A DNA stretch of 64,000 nt from Octopus vulgaris (GCA_951406725.2 OX597815.1:86490001-86554000), one strand, 5' to 3'; positions 39,922 through 52,869 are shown, counted from the stretch's first letter. Notes: a model not told the origin generated them from the sequence alone. Program-made: numbers and translations.

Positions 39922-39948
39922 ATAATATGTTACATTACTCGATAGTCA

Positions 39949-40008
39949 AGATAAAACTCTGAGTTTCAGATGCCGAAGTGGGAATCCACGACATCTCTTC
40001 GGTTATCT
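39949..40008 (-). ncRNA. Type I hammerhead ribozyme variant (U4C) of the Penelope pLTR
   Basis: AGATAA-CCGAAGA-GATGTCG tggattcccactt CGGCATC t-GAA-ACTC A GAGT-T-TTATCT. Stem I is 6 bp, stem II is 7 bp, and stem III is near-palindromic. Confidence 0.8.
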
Positions 40009-40235
40009 GGCTATTTGAAAACGCTATGAAAAAATACCGTTATACAAAGGGAAATTACTGTGTTATAACTCTGCTTGCCTGCGTACTTATACTTCGCTCG
40101 CATTTTTCGCCATAAAAATTATATAAAAATACATAAAAAATATATAAAAAATATATAAAAATATACATAAAATATATGATAGAAGGTGTGATGAGGTAAA
40201 AAAACATTCTTGGGACATAACATAGAAAGCATGTT

Positions 40236-41690
40236 CTATCTGTTTTCTTTAGGGGACCAAAAACGTAACAGAAATTTAGTCACATATGGGCATGATCCGA
40301 AAAGTTCTGTCCTTGTGTTTAGACATGTAGTAGGGTCTAAGCTGCTTTTCGAGATAAGCCATCTCTCCATGCCGCATAGACCGCACCTTCCGCTGCCGTT
40401 GGTATAGGACTTACATCTGGCCAAAATCTTCCAATGTATGTTATAATCGACACCTTTATCTCTTAAAGACCAAATATGATTAGATAATTGTGTCGCTTTT
40501 CTTTTGTTCCAGTGCCTAAAGCTCAAAGTGTGGTTATTGAACCTGGCCTTGAAGTTACCCTCTGTAAGGCCCACGTATTTCTTCGTCGAAACGGTGTCTT
40601 TAGTGGTTATAGAGTCTACGGTAGCTTCATATATGATGGTCTTGGACAACATGCAAGCTCCATTTAGCGGGCACAGTTCTTTATTCCTGCATGAACAGCT
40701 GTTTTCTTGTTGTGTTTTTTGTATGTTATGTTTGATTATGTTTTTAAAATTGGTAGTGGAACTAAAACTAATTTTTAAATTGTGTCTATTGAAGAGTTTC
40801 CTATAAGTATGATTAACTAGAAAATGTCTATCTATCAGTGCTAGGAAATATTTACCTATATTGAAGGCCACCTCGGGTGAGTAAGTGGGCGTAAACCAGA
40901 TGACCTTCCTATTTCTATTATTCCTTTTCCTTACTGTTGGCCTAGTAATGGGTGTATATTTTATTTTTTCTCTAAAACCACTATTTTTTAAAGCCTTATT
41001 ATAAACTGGGGCAACGCTATTGAAGATGTCCTTATCAGAGGAGAGGCTAGAAATCATCTTACTAATATTTTTAACTAAATTTTTGAATACTATAGGGGGA
41101 TGGCATGAACCTACATTAATATAACTTAGTCTATCATTGGGCTTCCTATAAGGCTTATAAATATTCTTATTAAGATCTAAGGAAACGTCTAAGAAATTGA
41201 CAACCGTCAGGTTAGTATCTATAGTTATACTAAGTCCGAAGTATTTCATTAACTGGATAATATCCTTCCTAAAACGATCTTGTGCTGGTCCATTTGTATT
41301 AGCTGTTAATGCGAGGGCATCATCTTTATAGATGGCGAAATGTACGTCAGGGAATGTCTTACTTAAGGTATCTAGGAGAAAAAGTCCAATTAGATCGCAG
41401 ATGCCTGCCCCATCATATGAACCCATGTTCACATCAAAAGCGCCCTGTGTCGGTGTTTTTTACCCACTTTGCGTTCTCACTGAAAAGTAAGGTCTTTCTA
41501 GCATGGAAGATTATGTCCTTATCATTTGTACTAATTTCTATGAAGTCGCTAGCGAAGACGAGGGCTTTATCTAGCAGTTCTTTAGAGATAGAGGCATAAA
41601 AATCAACAATATCGAATTGTGTGAATCTCGCTTTTTTCTTATTCTTAATGGCTTTAAACCAGTCTACGAGTTCTATACTATTGGACCATT
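40236..41690 (-). pseudogene. Penelope RT/GIY-YIG endonuclease polyprotein, 5'-truncated, one 2-bp frameshift at ~41445
   Basis: FTQFDIVDFYASI, FDVNMGSYDGA, YKDD, VNFLDVSLDL, YRKPND, CSC..CPLNGAC, IIYEATV..YVGLTEGNFKARFNNH, CGLC..E..LI and LNTRTEL..C...KFLL. Confidence 0.92.
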
Positions 41691-42419
41691 GTACCTTACT
41701 TTTCAGTGAGAACGCAAAGTGGGTAAAAAACACCGACACAGAGGGCATTTATACGACGATGACATTTCACGTTAGCGTTGACACAATAAATGTATTTGAG
41801 TTTTTGCTTTTTAGCCGTTTTCCTTCAGCGGTCAGTAAGTGTTATATATGTGTGTGTGTGATCATTATATGTTAACTATGGATTTATTTTAATACTGTGA
41901 AATAATAGTGTGGAAAATTCTTTGTGACATGGACGTATTGTTTGCCTGTGTTTTTCGATGAAGTTTTGTTTTATGATGTGTGCTGTATTGCATGCGATTG
42001 CTCCTTATTGTAAGTGCATAATGAATCGGGATAAAAGTCTTATAATTGCCTGACCAATGGAACAGTTAAGGAAGAAAAAATTAGAAGCTCTTTTATTTGC
42101 AATCAAATTTCCAAAGCCCATTGGTTATTACTAGAATGTTCGCGCGCGTGCAATCTAATGGCTTTTACTGAAAACAAAGGTTGCAATTTTAGTGCTTTTA
42201 GAGTATATTATTACTGTTATTTTCCAACTGGGTATAATACATTCTGTTTTATGATGGTGACTTTTTTATACACCGTTAATCAGTTCTATAGAAAGCATGC
42301 GGTTTATTGGCATGATAAATTTTAATTGCTGTAGTGCCTGGTGTATTCATTACATTAAATTTCTTCCATTATTGTATGACTTCTCAACCATTTTGTTTGT
42401 ATACTGAAAATTATTCTAA

Positions 42420-43293
42420 CCTCTCACAAATTAAAAGAATCCATGAGTGGCTTTGTAACGTGCCATCCTATTTCTTAAAAGTGATATTTGGCAAGACATT
42501 AACGCTGCCAGTAGATTGAGCTAGCTCCTCTTGAAATCAGAGCCCATCCCGATCCAGATATTAAAAGTCATTCCACAGTGTAGTTGGTGCATTCGATTCT
42601 GCAAAATATCTGACAGGATCTCTCAATACTCTTGAAACTTCTCACAAACTGCGGCTTAAAGCAGGAATCCATTATGTTACTTTAAAATTGCATGTAGTAA
42701 AGCTTTGTAACGTTATAAGACTAGTATTCAGAACTCATCTTTCATATCATGGAAGTCACCTTTAAACCGGTTGTCCTAAAAGTTTAGTCTCTATCCCAAA
42801 CATGTTCCTTATCCCATTACATATGTTATTTCAGTTCAATTGTCTTTCGTTATCAGCGACGCTAAATTTTTCTATGATTATTAAAAGTATTAGGAAACTT
42901 GCACCAAAGTTGTTAGTGGTGAACAGCCAGCTTTATGATACTCTCATGTTTGGTTAACTCTGTTTTGCATGTCACGTCTAGTACCAAACGGACAACTCTT
43001 CATCAGAAATACAAGAAATGTCTAACCAACCCGCTCTTTATCCTTTTTAGAATTATTTCTATTTTACCGTCGCATATCAATTTAGAAAGACAAGAAAATA
43101 AACATTGTTAAATTTTAAGTTACAAAATTAAAATTATCAATAAATAGAGTCTCAAAAGCTTCGCACATCTGAGAAATTGGGAAAAGTTCGACCTTAAAAA
43201 ATTATTAAGCACTTAAAAACAAAAAAGCATTAAATAAAAACTTGGTAATTGTTTAATCAATTTAAACGGCCCTATTGGCGAAAACCATACTAG
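42420..43293 (+). mobile_element. Helitron relic: PIF1 helicase C-terminus and a possible 3' terminus
   Basis: HEWLC, LNTLETSHKLRLKAG.IMLL*N...KLCNVIRLV and TGC..LVSIPNMFLIP..MLFQFNCL...LNFSMIIKS (cf. PHKLELKVG.PIMLLRN..LCNGTRL; IPRIPLIP..PFQFKRLQFPVRL.FAM.INK). A GC-rich patch followed by CTAG lies at ~43265-43293. Confidence 0.8.
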
Positions 43294-43507
43294 AAAAAGT
43301 TTATAATAGTGCTTATGGACAAGAAAATAATGAAAATAAGAAAAATAAGAAAAGGAGGGAGTCAGAAATAAAGATAAATAACAGTTAAACACAATCGTTG
43401 TGATGGATCCTTGAAAATAAACTGTATCACTAAATTTGGAAGTATTTTAAAGACTATTTTAGAATTGTCTTCTGCCTGAGACTCGTAAATTTTGCATTTT
43501 AATAAAG

Positions 43508-43830
43508 GATGGCACAGTGGTTAGAGCACCGGGCCCTCAAACAGGAAGTACCTATTTCGATTCCTGGATCGGGCTGTGTGCTATGTTCTTGAACAGACAC
43601 TTTATTTTACGTTGCTCCAGTCCACTCAGCTGTAGAAATGAGTTCCGATGTCACAGGCGCGTAGCTGCATCGATCTTTCCCTTTCCCTTGGATAACATTG
43701 GTGGCATGGAGAGGGGAGGCTGGTATACATTGACGACTGCTTGTCTTCCACAAACAATCTTGTCCAGACTTGTGCCTCGGAGGGGAAATTTCTAGAGGCA
43801 ATTTTAAGATCATTGATAACTGAATTGAGT
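43508..43830 (+). mobile_element. tRNA-derived SINE (second family)
   Basis: Box A TGGCACAGTGG and box B TTCGATTCC, then TTCTTGAACAGACACTTTATTTTACGTTGCTCCAGTCCACTCAGCTG. Confidence 0.85.
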
Positions 43831-45380
43831 CTTTAATCTTTTATTAATAAATGATGTCATCCATTTTCTGAGCAGTCTCCACAAGAACACACAAGTGATT
43901 CCTTAGGATCTGTAGATGGTGGAATATACTTCAAATCAAAGAAGCTCGTTCGAAACCAACAAAGTCTTTGTGAATCTTGCACAATATTTGGTACGTTTTA
44001 TACATGGTTAGAAGATGGATGATTAAAGTTGAGGAGATTATCTCCTCATTCTTTCATATTTTTTCACCCTTCGTTAACTAAGCTTCTCTGAATGATTTAT
44101 GCTGCAAAAGATTTCGAATTTAACCCCCATCTTTTATTTCTGTTTCAGCTCTCTTGTGCTGATTAATCTATTTTCTTGAGTTTAATTTGCTGCTACAACA
44201 CACCATAGGATACACCCAAGATTTTAGGAAACACTCTATAAATTGCACTCATAAACACCGAATAAAGAATTATATAAAACGTTTTTTACAACTGGCCGGC
44301 GTATTCAATTTAGCTGGATTACATTCATTTTTCGATCGTATGTTCAACAGTGAGTAATATATTTAACTGTTTACATCAATAATGCTATAAACCTATTATT
44401 CCATCCTGAGGGGTTCTGTATTAAGATAAATACAGGATGTTTAAATCTCTGTCTATAGGCACTGTTGACTAACAATTTATTGATAGACATTGAAGTGCAA
44501 TGCAGTATATTTGTGTGTCTGTGGAAAACATATATATATTTTAGTAGAGTATCTATGTAAAAAGTAACAGGTTTTTGGTTACGTAACATTTTTAATCTCT
44601 CCAGGATTCTATGAGGTTATGTGTTTTATTCAGTTTTTCTTATGGGTATAGGTCGTTCCGTCTCCTCTCCTTTCTCCTCTTTGGCATCATCATCGTCCTC
44701 ATGATCGTCATCGTCATCACCACCACCACTATCACCTTCTACTTCTTCTCCTTCCCTCCTCTTCTTCTTCTTCTTCGTCTTCTTCTTCTTCTTCTCTCCT
44801 TCTTTCTATTCCTTTTCTCATCTACTTCTTCCCCGTTTTCAAATGTTATATGCATACATACATACAATGCTAATGGATATTTTTCCAAACAGATACTGAG
44901 TTAAGTAGCATGTTAATAAAATTCCTGGAATATTCTTACTGCATAAAGGGAACAAAATGCTAATGCAAATGCAAAAAGCACGAAGAGGCAAGTGGATATA
45001 TATGCATGTAATACATGAATGTGTGTGTTTCTGTGTGCGTGTAAAGGAAAATGTTCAGTAAAATTGTTCTTAAATAAATTACAAATAATGGTATATAAGC
45101 TGAAGGTCTATTTACAAAACTAAAAGAAATCTTATATAATAAGTGAAAGATAGTGTTGCTCAGAAAAAGCTGGATATCGAAATTGCTAAAATACGTCATT
45201 AGTTTCTTTCATATCACTGGCACTGTTTTCCTTCTGCTGTCTGTAAGCATAGTATTCGACTTTCAGATAATCTAGTTCAACAGGCTCTAAAAAAGGGCCC
45301 AAAAACTTGGAACAACTAGGTACTCTTTGTAGTAAGCGGATACTCTATAAATTTGATTCATTTTATTGAGTGTATAAATT

Positions 45381-45796
45381 TATTTCTTTATTGCCCACCG
45401 CGGACTAAACATAGAGAGGACATACAAGGACAGACAAACGGATTAAGTCGATTATATCGACTCCAGTGCGTAACTGGTACTTATTTAGTGGACCACGAAA
45501 TGATGAAAGGCAAAGTCGACCTCAGCGGAATTTGAACTCAGAATGTAGCAACAGACGAAATACCTATTTCTTTACTACCCACAAGGCACTAAACACAGAG
45601 AGGACAAACAAGGACAGACAAACGGATTACGTCGATTATATCGTCCCCAGTGCGTAACTGGTACTTATTTAATCGACCCCGAAAGGATGAAAGGCAAAGT
45701 CGACCTCGGCGGAATTTGAACTCAGAACGTAGCGGCAGACGAAATATCGCTAAGCATTTCGTCCGACGTGCTAACGTTTCTGCCAGCTCGCCACCC
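45381..45796 (-). mobile_element. Two tandem Nin-domain SINEs (one 5'-truncated)
   Basis: Near-identical GGACAGACAAACGGATTA.GTCGATTATATCG...GGCAAAGTCGACCTC blocks at 45428 and 45612. Confidence 0.9.
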
Positions 45797-46719
45797 TGTC
45801 GAGTGTATATATTGGAACGGAATGGATATTTTTTTTCTTGCTATTCGTAAATTATATTAGGATACAATCTTCAGATGGATGTATACCTACTATATGTTCG
45901 CTCATGGGACTTAATATACCTTGCAAAATATTTAAAATTGCTCATTCTCTTACTATTCTCTTTACCATAGCTCTCACCCTCTTCCTACTCCGTCTCTCTT
46001 TCTCTCTCCGTCTCTTTCCAAAGTAAAGGAAATATTCTCTTCTGATGGCGAAATTACTGTAGTTTAAAGCAAATATATTGAAAATATATCAAGACTGGAA
46101 ATATGTGTGTGGGCTACGCGTATATTTAGTAATATGCGTAAATGTAACATAGCAATTTTGATCGAACAGACATCTTTATATAACATCATTGTTTGACGAG
46201 GTAACAGTGTCGTATGAACAAACGTTTACTTTTTAGTGGTCTGTTTCTCGTTTACGTCAATGTACGCTTATATCAGTTAAATTGCACATGAGATGAACTT
46301 TTCAATATAATGACTTAGGCTGCAGAAATATGAAAAAAAAAATCATTCTTGATTAACTGTCTAAATTAGTCAATATTTATACGAGCATATATATATAGTT
46401 GTGTGTGTGTTTGTGCGTATGTGTGAGTGCGTGCGTGTGTATCAATAGAGAACTAATATTCGTTGTGGCTAACAATATTCTTTTACAGCTTTTTTGCCTT
46501 TTTAATGCGCCAATCATGAAATCATGAGCTATCCTTTTACTACACTCTCTCTCTAGTTAAGTTGGTAACCAACATTTTCGGGATACGTCAAGTGAAATAT
46601 GCGAAATAAGCATCTATGTGTGAGTAAACACTAATGAACAGACATGCACATGTACTCATGCACACTCACACGCATGTCCATACATACATATATATGTGTA
46701 TTTATAAAGATGTGTAGTG

Positions 46720-47000
46720 TGCTCGCGCGTGTGTGCAAATGTGCATACGTCTGTATGACTGTATATTATATATATACGTGTGCGTGTGGAAGTGTGTATG
46801 CGTGCGTGCGTGTGTGTTTGTGCATGCGTGTGTGTGTGTGTGCATACGTGTGTGTGTGCATGCGCGTGTGTGTGTGTGTGTGCATGCGTGTGTGTGTATG
46901 TGTTTGCGTGTGTGTGTGTGTATGTGTATGTGTTTGTGTGTGCATGCGTGTGTGTGTGTGCATGTGTGTGTGTGCATGCGTGTGTGTGTGTATGTGTTTG

Positions 47001-47033
<33 letters not shown>

Positions 47034-47187
47034 TGTGTGTGTTTGTGTGTGCATGCGTGTGTGTGTGCATGCGTATGTGTGTATGTGTTTGCGTGTGTAT
47101 GTGTGTATGTGTATGTGTTTGTGTGTGCATGCGTGTGTGTGTGTGCATGCGTATGTGTGTGTGTGTGCATGCGTGTTTGTGTGTGTA

Positions 47188-47258
<71 letters not shown>

Positions 47259-47262
47259 GCGT
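46720..47262. repeat. Compound (TG)n minisatellite with GCATGC / TATG / TTTG interruptions
   Basis: About 540 bp of nearly continuous purine-pyrimidine alternation with a higher-order repetition. Confidence 0.97.
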
Positions 47263-47944
47263 CTGTAGCTGCTCGAGCAATTTTCTTGCGCAGCTTCAGT
47301 AAATATGTATCTTCCATGGAAAGGAAAGGATTCGATGAAGGAAAAGGAAAGAATGCGATCAAGTATATGATTTTCTTTTTCTCGTTTATCGAGTATTGTT
47401 GCAATACATTTGTGAGCAAACTGAACATCGTGCGTAGTTATGTTTATTCACTTCACCTATTCTATTTCAACACTAGAAACCTCTGTTAACTCTTGATTCT
47501 ATAAATGCAACACGTTGAGCCCATCTTTCAAGAACCCATGTACAAACGCTCTGTTATTTGACGAGAATGTATCTTAAGCACACACTTGCACGTATGATTC
47601 TGTGTGCGTTTGTATGCATTTTTGTTATATATTAAGTTGCGTGCGACTTCGGCTGATTGTTTCTGTATATGTATTCGTGTAAACATGCTTCCGTGTCGAA
47701 TTATTTTGAGTTACATCTAGTCAAGATAATGTACACATTCATATTTATCTTATTTACTCTTATACATTTCCCAAACATGTGAAATTAAAATGCGGGAATT
47801 GTGTCATTATTTATATTTCATAACCAGAAGCATCCATCAATTCGATGTTAATTCTATTGACTTAGGTTTGAGTGGAAAACGGGGCTTTGATTCCATGCCG
47901 TCCTCGGTGTTTGAAATCTATATACACATCCTTAATGTGCCGTA

Positions 47945-48120
47945 AAGGCAGTGAGCTCCAGAATTGTTAAAACGCAGGGTAAAATGCTTAGCAGCATTTC
48001 ATCCGTCTTTATGTTCTGAGTTCGAATTCCGCCGAAGTCGATTTTGCCTTTCATCTTTTCGGAGTCGAAAAAATACCAGTCGATCATAGGGGTCGCTGTA
48101 ATCGACTAACCTCCTCCTCT
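47945..48120 (+). mobile_element. Nin-domain SINE
   Basis: GTTCTGAGTTCGAATTCCGCCGAAGTCGATTTTGCCTTTCATC. Confidence 0.85.
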
Positions 48121-48169
48121 GTTATTACTTACTTTGTGCAAAGAATTATTATCGTTGCAAAGTATTATT

Positions 48170-49307
48170 ATCGTTGTTGAGAAAGCAGTGCGTGCCATCG
48201 AAGTGACACTCAGGTACAAATATACGAGGTCCAATATACCTATCATGATTACCCGACTGATAAGATTACACGAGGCACATGCATCACAACCATATGTGCG
48301 CGATAATGGGAACTCATATTAAGATAAACAGTGCATGACCTTGCAGGTGGGGCCCAGTTAGAATTTTCTTCAGGTTGAGTAGTCCATCCCGCTCTTCTAT
48401 TTCCTGAGTCTTATGTGGCTCCTTTACTTCTATCTTGCCAATTTCCCGATAAAAGTTTTTTTGCATCCGTCCTGAATACTTTGTTTTGTCGATAAAATGT
48501 TTATCCTCTTGTCATACCTTCTGGGCCACTGGCCTTTCAGTTGTATTCATTGTTTCACTCGTTCTTTTGGTTGCAGGGAGTTTTATAAAATCTTTGATTT
48601 TATATTTCGGCTCGATTTTTCTAGCCCGTTTCGTCTTAACATTTACTCCTCCAGCAAGTCCATCGAGAACTGATACATCCGCCCACAAAGATTCGATCTC
48701 ATTTTGTATTGCTACTTTCCATTTAGAAGGTCCATTGTTATAGTTGGTCCTTTTCCGTGTCGTCCTGATACCTAGTTGGACAGTTACAACTTTAGAAGTG
48801 GAATAGATGAGGTTATTTAAGGTTGTTAGGTCATCTCCCTTATTTCTTACGATCTCTTTAAGAGCTATACTATATATCATGATTACGTAGTTTTTTAATG
48901 TTGTTTGAGAGCTTTGGCAGCGGTTCTCTATTGATCATGTCAGTAAATTCAGTCTTGCTGTGTTCTCTCATAATATCTTTTTGTTGCTTCTATGGTCTTC
49001 CCTTTATTATTCACCTCAAATTGTGTGTCATATCTATTATGGTGTTATTGATGTAGGTCCTCTTTTTCCGCATATATGTTCTTGGCTAATCTTTCTTCAG
49101 CTTCCTCGTTGGGATGTACTGCTCGTACACTGGGTTCTCTGCATTGGTTACCTATTTCATATGCATTGTTGTTGTTTCAATTTGGTCTCCATGAGATATT
49201 TGTGTCCTAATTTGTCTAATTTCAGCGTCAGTTAACCGTTACATTCTTAATTATTATTTTGTTTGACTTTTCTAGTCCGTTTCGTCTTAACATTTACTTT
49301 TCTAGCA

Positions 49308-49308
<1 letters not shown>
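48170..49308 (-). mobile_element. R4/Dong-type LINE fragment: N-terminal ORF region joined to the 520-bp 3' repeat
   Basis: ORF 48512-48880 reads LTTLNNLIYSTSKVVT..PSKWK..IQNEIESLWADVSVL. 48170-48395 is the reverse complement of ~915-1132. Confidence 0.8.
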
Positions 49309-49377
<69 letters not shown>

Positions 49378-49379
<2 letters not shown>

Positions 49380-49626
49380 CAACAATATAAAGGAATGGCC
49401 CTGGTAGGCCATCCGTCTCACCAGAAAGAGCAGCCATACTCAAACCGCTAAATAGTAGTAATTCAGAAATCAAAGGAAAATCAAAAACAGTTACCTTAAT
49501 CATCCTTGGACAATGCATTGTTTCGACGTACTTTATGGCAAACCAGCCTAATTGAATTAAATTAAACTTAATCAAGTCAATCTACCACTGGCTCGTCTCA
49601 TCGGCAAGGAGCCAGTGGTAGATTGA

Positions 49627-49629
<3 letters not shown>
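49378..49629 (-). mobile_element. Solo Penelope pLTR-like unit inserted in (TA)n, with a 21-bp fold-back at its 5' end
   Basis: Contains a complete hammerhead. A perfect inverted repeat lies at 49574-49594 / 49609-49629. (TA)n flanks both sides. Confidence 0.8.
49503..49610 (-). ncRNA. Type I hammerhead ribozyme variant (U4C) with a ~65-nt stem II insert
   Basis: TCCTTG-CCGATGA-GACG...CGTC-GAA-ACAATGCATTGT-C-CAAGGA. Stem I is 6 bp, stem III is a 12-nt perfect palindrome, and the triplet is GUC. Confidence 0.85.
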
Positions 49630-49683
<54 letters not shown>

Positions 49684-50165
49684 TATAAACGCAAATCAAT
49701 TAAGTAATTAATTGATTTGCATCTATATATATCTACTCACTTCGTTACCTAAAAATTTCTACATGAAGTGCATGTTTGTATAATCAGGTTATTGTTTGGG
49801 TGTGTGTCCTGTAAGCATTATTTATGGTGCTTGTAAATATTGGCATGCGCACATGGATGTATGGACAGTTGCATGTATAGGTAATTATTCAATATACGTA
49901 CTTAGTGTGTAATTGGTGTGTTTGGTGTATTTTTTCAGAGTTCCTGGTGCTAGTTTCGACGTCTTGCGTATGTCACATTGAGATTTCATGCATTTAAGAA
50001 AGAAATTACACGGTATCTAACCAAAATCCTTCCGTTGTTTTAGTTCCTTTGTTTTACCAGAACTTTTCCCACAGTTGTATCGCGAAATTTTCCTTTCATT
50101 GCACCGATGTTATTGGATTAAGTTTGTTTTATGAAGAGAGCTTCTTAGTGTAGTCCATGCTGTAA

Positions 50166-50174
50166 TTTCTTCTT

Positions 50175-50252
<78 letters not shown>

Positions 50253-50324
50253 GTTATTATTATTATTATTATTGTTACTATTATTATTATTATTATCATT
50301 ATTATTATCATCATCATCATCACC

Positions 50325-50356
<32 letters not shown>

Positions 50357-50360
50357 CATC
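50166..50360. repeat. (TTC)n/(TTA)n/(TCA)n microsatellite
   Basis: Directly visible. Confidence 0.97.
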
Positions 50361-50369
50361 GTTTTCATA

Positions 50370-51115
50370 TACACGCAACAGATTTGACCGTTGGGATAGA
50401 AAATATCCTTACATCGGGTTACGAGTGACCTTGGATACCAAGAACACTCCTAGGGATCCTAGATGTTCCTAATAAGACAGTTCTCTGGAGCTGTACTAAA
50501 CTGCGTTTTATGCCTATTTCCTCTATCCATCAGTACAATTATTTAGGGATAGTTCCCAATGCACCTAAAACTACTGGGCGACATTTTATCCGCACTTTCC
50601 ACAGTCTCAGCAGTTCAATGGTTAGTTCCTGGTACTTAGCTAGTTTTTCCATACCTCTCATATTCATGTTTTTTTATCATTTTCGACTGTAAAGTTAATT
50701 ATCTGGCACTTCTTATTCTCTTTATGCACTATTACTAAATCATGTTTTCTAGCTCTTATCACTCTGTCAATCTGAATGTTAAAATCCCATAACATCGTGT
50801 ATTTATTACTTTCTAGAACTTTATTAGATTCATGTTCATACCATTTGTCAGTATCGTCAAATCTTAGCTTTCTACATAACTCACAGTGGATTTCTCTCCC
50901 TTGGTTACCATGTCTTTTCTTGTATTCTTTCTGTGCCAGCATGCTACATTCACTTAGTATATGAGTAACGCTTTCCTTTTTTAATTTGCGTTATTTGCAT
51001 TGGGAATCTACTTGGGTTTTGTCTATCTTGGCATTTATCAAATTAAACCTTAATGCTTCATCTTGTGCTGCTACTAACAAACTTTCTCCGTTTTCAGCCT
51101 TCCTTTCTACAACCA
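50370..51115 (-). mobile_element. R4/Dong-type LINE 3' end (zinc knuckle + RLE)
   Basis: ESLLVAAQDEAL..IDKTQVDSQC..LAQKEYKKRH..IHCELCRK..KWYEH..LWDFNIQIDRVIRARKHDLVIV. Confidence 0.9.
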
Positions 51116-51148
51116 TAGCCATTATTATCATCATCATCATCATCATCA

Positions 51149-51189
<41 letters not shown>

Positions 51190-51229
51190 GACGTCGCACA
51201 GTATACAATATCGTAAGGTTGTTGATTGA

Positions 51230-52440
51230 ATATATTTTGTAAGATATTTGTTTCTTCTGTCCCCAATAATCATGTCTGGTCTTCTTGACTCAGTGGTACG
51301 GTCAGTTTTTATGGTGAGATCCCACAAGATCTAATTCTCATTTTCTATCACAGCCTCTGGCTTTTGTTCATACCACCTTTCTGGTGTTTTCAAGCTACAT
51401 ACTCAACTAACACCCCAATGCACTCTTTTGACTACACTGTCGTATATGCACTAGTACTCCTTTTGTGCGAGTACACTGCACTTACTCAAAGATTTTACAT
51501 TTGCTATCTGACTGAGTCTTTTGGATCGTTACTTTCATGAGATTTGTTCTAAGGGCTTCTTTCTAAGCGGCTATAATTAACGTTTCTCGTTCTTGTTTCA
51601 AGTTGCTGTCTGTCAATCAAAGTCTATGGGTTCCACTTCCAACATTTTCAGTTTGTTGCATGAATTGATCAGGTACTTCCATTTCTTTCCATTTTTTAAT
51701 ACTATTGTTCTTCCTTTTCTCTTTGAATTTTATTACTCTTTCCGTCAACTTTTGGATATCTCTGGTTGCCGTAAGTATTCTTTCTTTACTCTGTAGAACA
51801 TAATTTTTCAGACCCAATATTTCAGTACCAGTAGTGCCTTCCGCGCTAAGTAATCCTCTACACCTTCTCTTCTTGACAGATAGAGTTGGTCAGTATTAGT
51901 ATTAGGATTGAATAGGTTGTGAACTTTTTGCAACTTAATTTTTTCTCTCCATATTCTGTAGCTCTATCTTCCTCCATTTCAGGAAAAAGAGCAAAGTATC
52001 ACAGTATTGGCATTGCCCATGTATTTATGGCTTTCATGATGTCCCTCCATTGAATTTTGCTTCGAGCACCTTCTTAATTCTTCTGTTGTACTCTTTAGTG
52101 ACTTTCACTCTCATTTCTCTTTCCCTCATCTTGTTGTCTTACAGTATTCATTATTCCACTGTGATCTAATGATGTTGCCTTGCGGTAATTTTATGCCACC
52201 ATACTTTATCTTCTAGCCCCTCTCCATAGTTAGTACTGCACATTTATCTACTTCAAAGTGCGTTCTAATTCATGTCACTGTTTGGATTAGAGAATCCAAG
52301 TTTGATTCATTTTTGCACATATCTTTGAGATTATCCATATAAAGTGGATGATTTATTCTCATCATGCTTTTGATAAACTCATAGGCAAGCCTGGGTTTTC
52401 TCAGTATATTTGTGAGAGGAATTAGCGCAATGACGAATTA
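51230..52440 (-). mobile_element. R4/Dong-type LINE fragment (RT C-terminus to RLE)
   Basis: INHPLYMD.LK (YMDD box), MKAINTWAMP, LYLSRREG.RGL and WYEQKPEAVIEN..ILWDLTIKTDRTTESRRPDM. Confidence 0.85.
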
Positions 52441-52576
52441 GCACAGAGAGAGAGAGAGAGAGCGAGTATCAATTTCATTTTGATAATGAACAATTAGATA
52501 CGTTGTACGTTATTTTCTGGACGTTGATCTTTGTAGGATTTGAACTCAGAATGTAAAGAGCCTGAACAAACAAGAC

Positions 52577-52644
<68 letters not shown>

Positions 52645-52746
52645 CAGCAGCAGTAGCAACAGAAGCAGCAGCAGTAGCAACAGAAGCAGCAGCAGTAGCA
52701 ACAGAAGCAGCAGCAGCAGTAGCGGCAGCAGTAGCAGCAGCAGCAG
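52577..52746. repeat. (AGT)n then (CAG)-rich repeat with a 21-bp higher-order unit
   Basis: GCAGCAGTAGCAACAGAAGCA occurs three times. Confidence 0.95.
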
Positions 52747-52869
52747 GGATTTTATTGAGAATTGCAAGGAAGTCGCAATGATATATTTTTCTATTCCAAC
52801 ATCATAACATGAACTCCATATACAATTCATTGTGAAAGAATTTTTGTAAAGCTCTTGCACATATAAAAC

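Noticed and set aside
40236-41432. Selenoprotein-type Naiad element
   Set aside because: There is no in-frame TGA in the 398-aa ORF, the TGA at 41434 results from a frameshift, and no SECIS is evident before the hammerhead.
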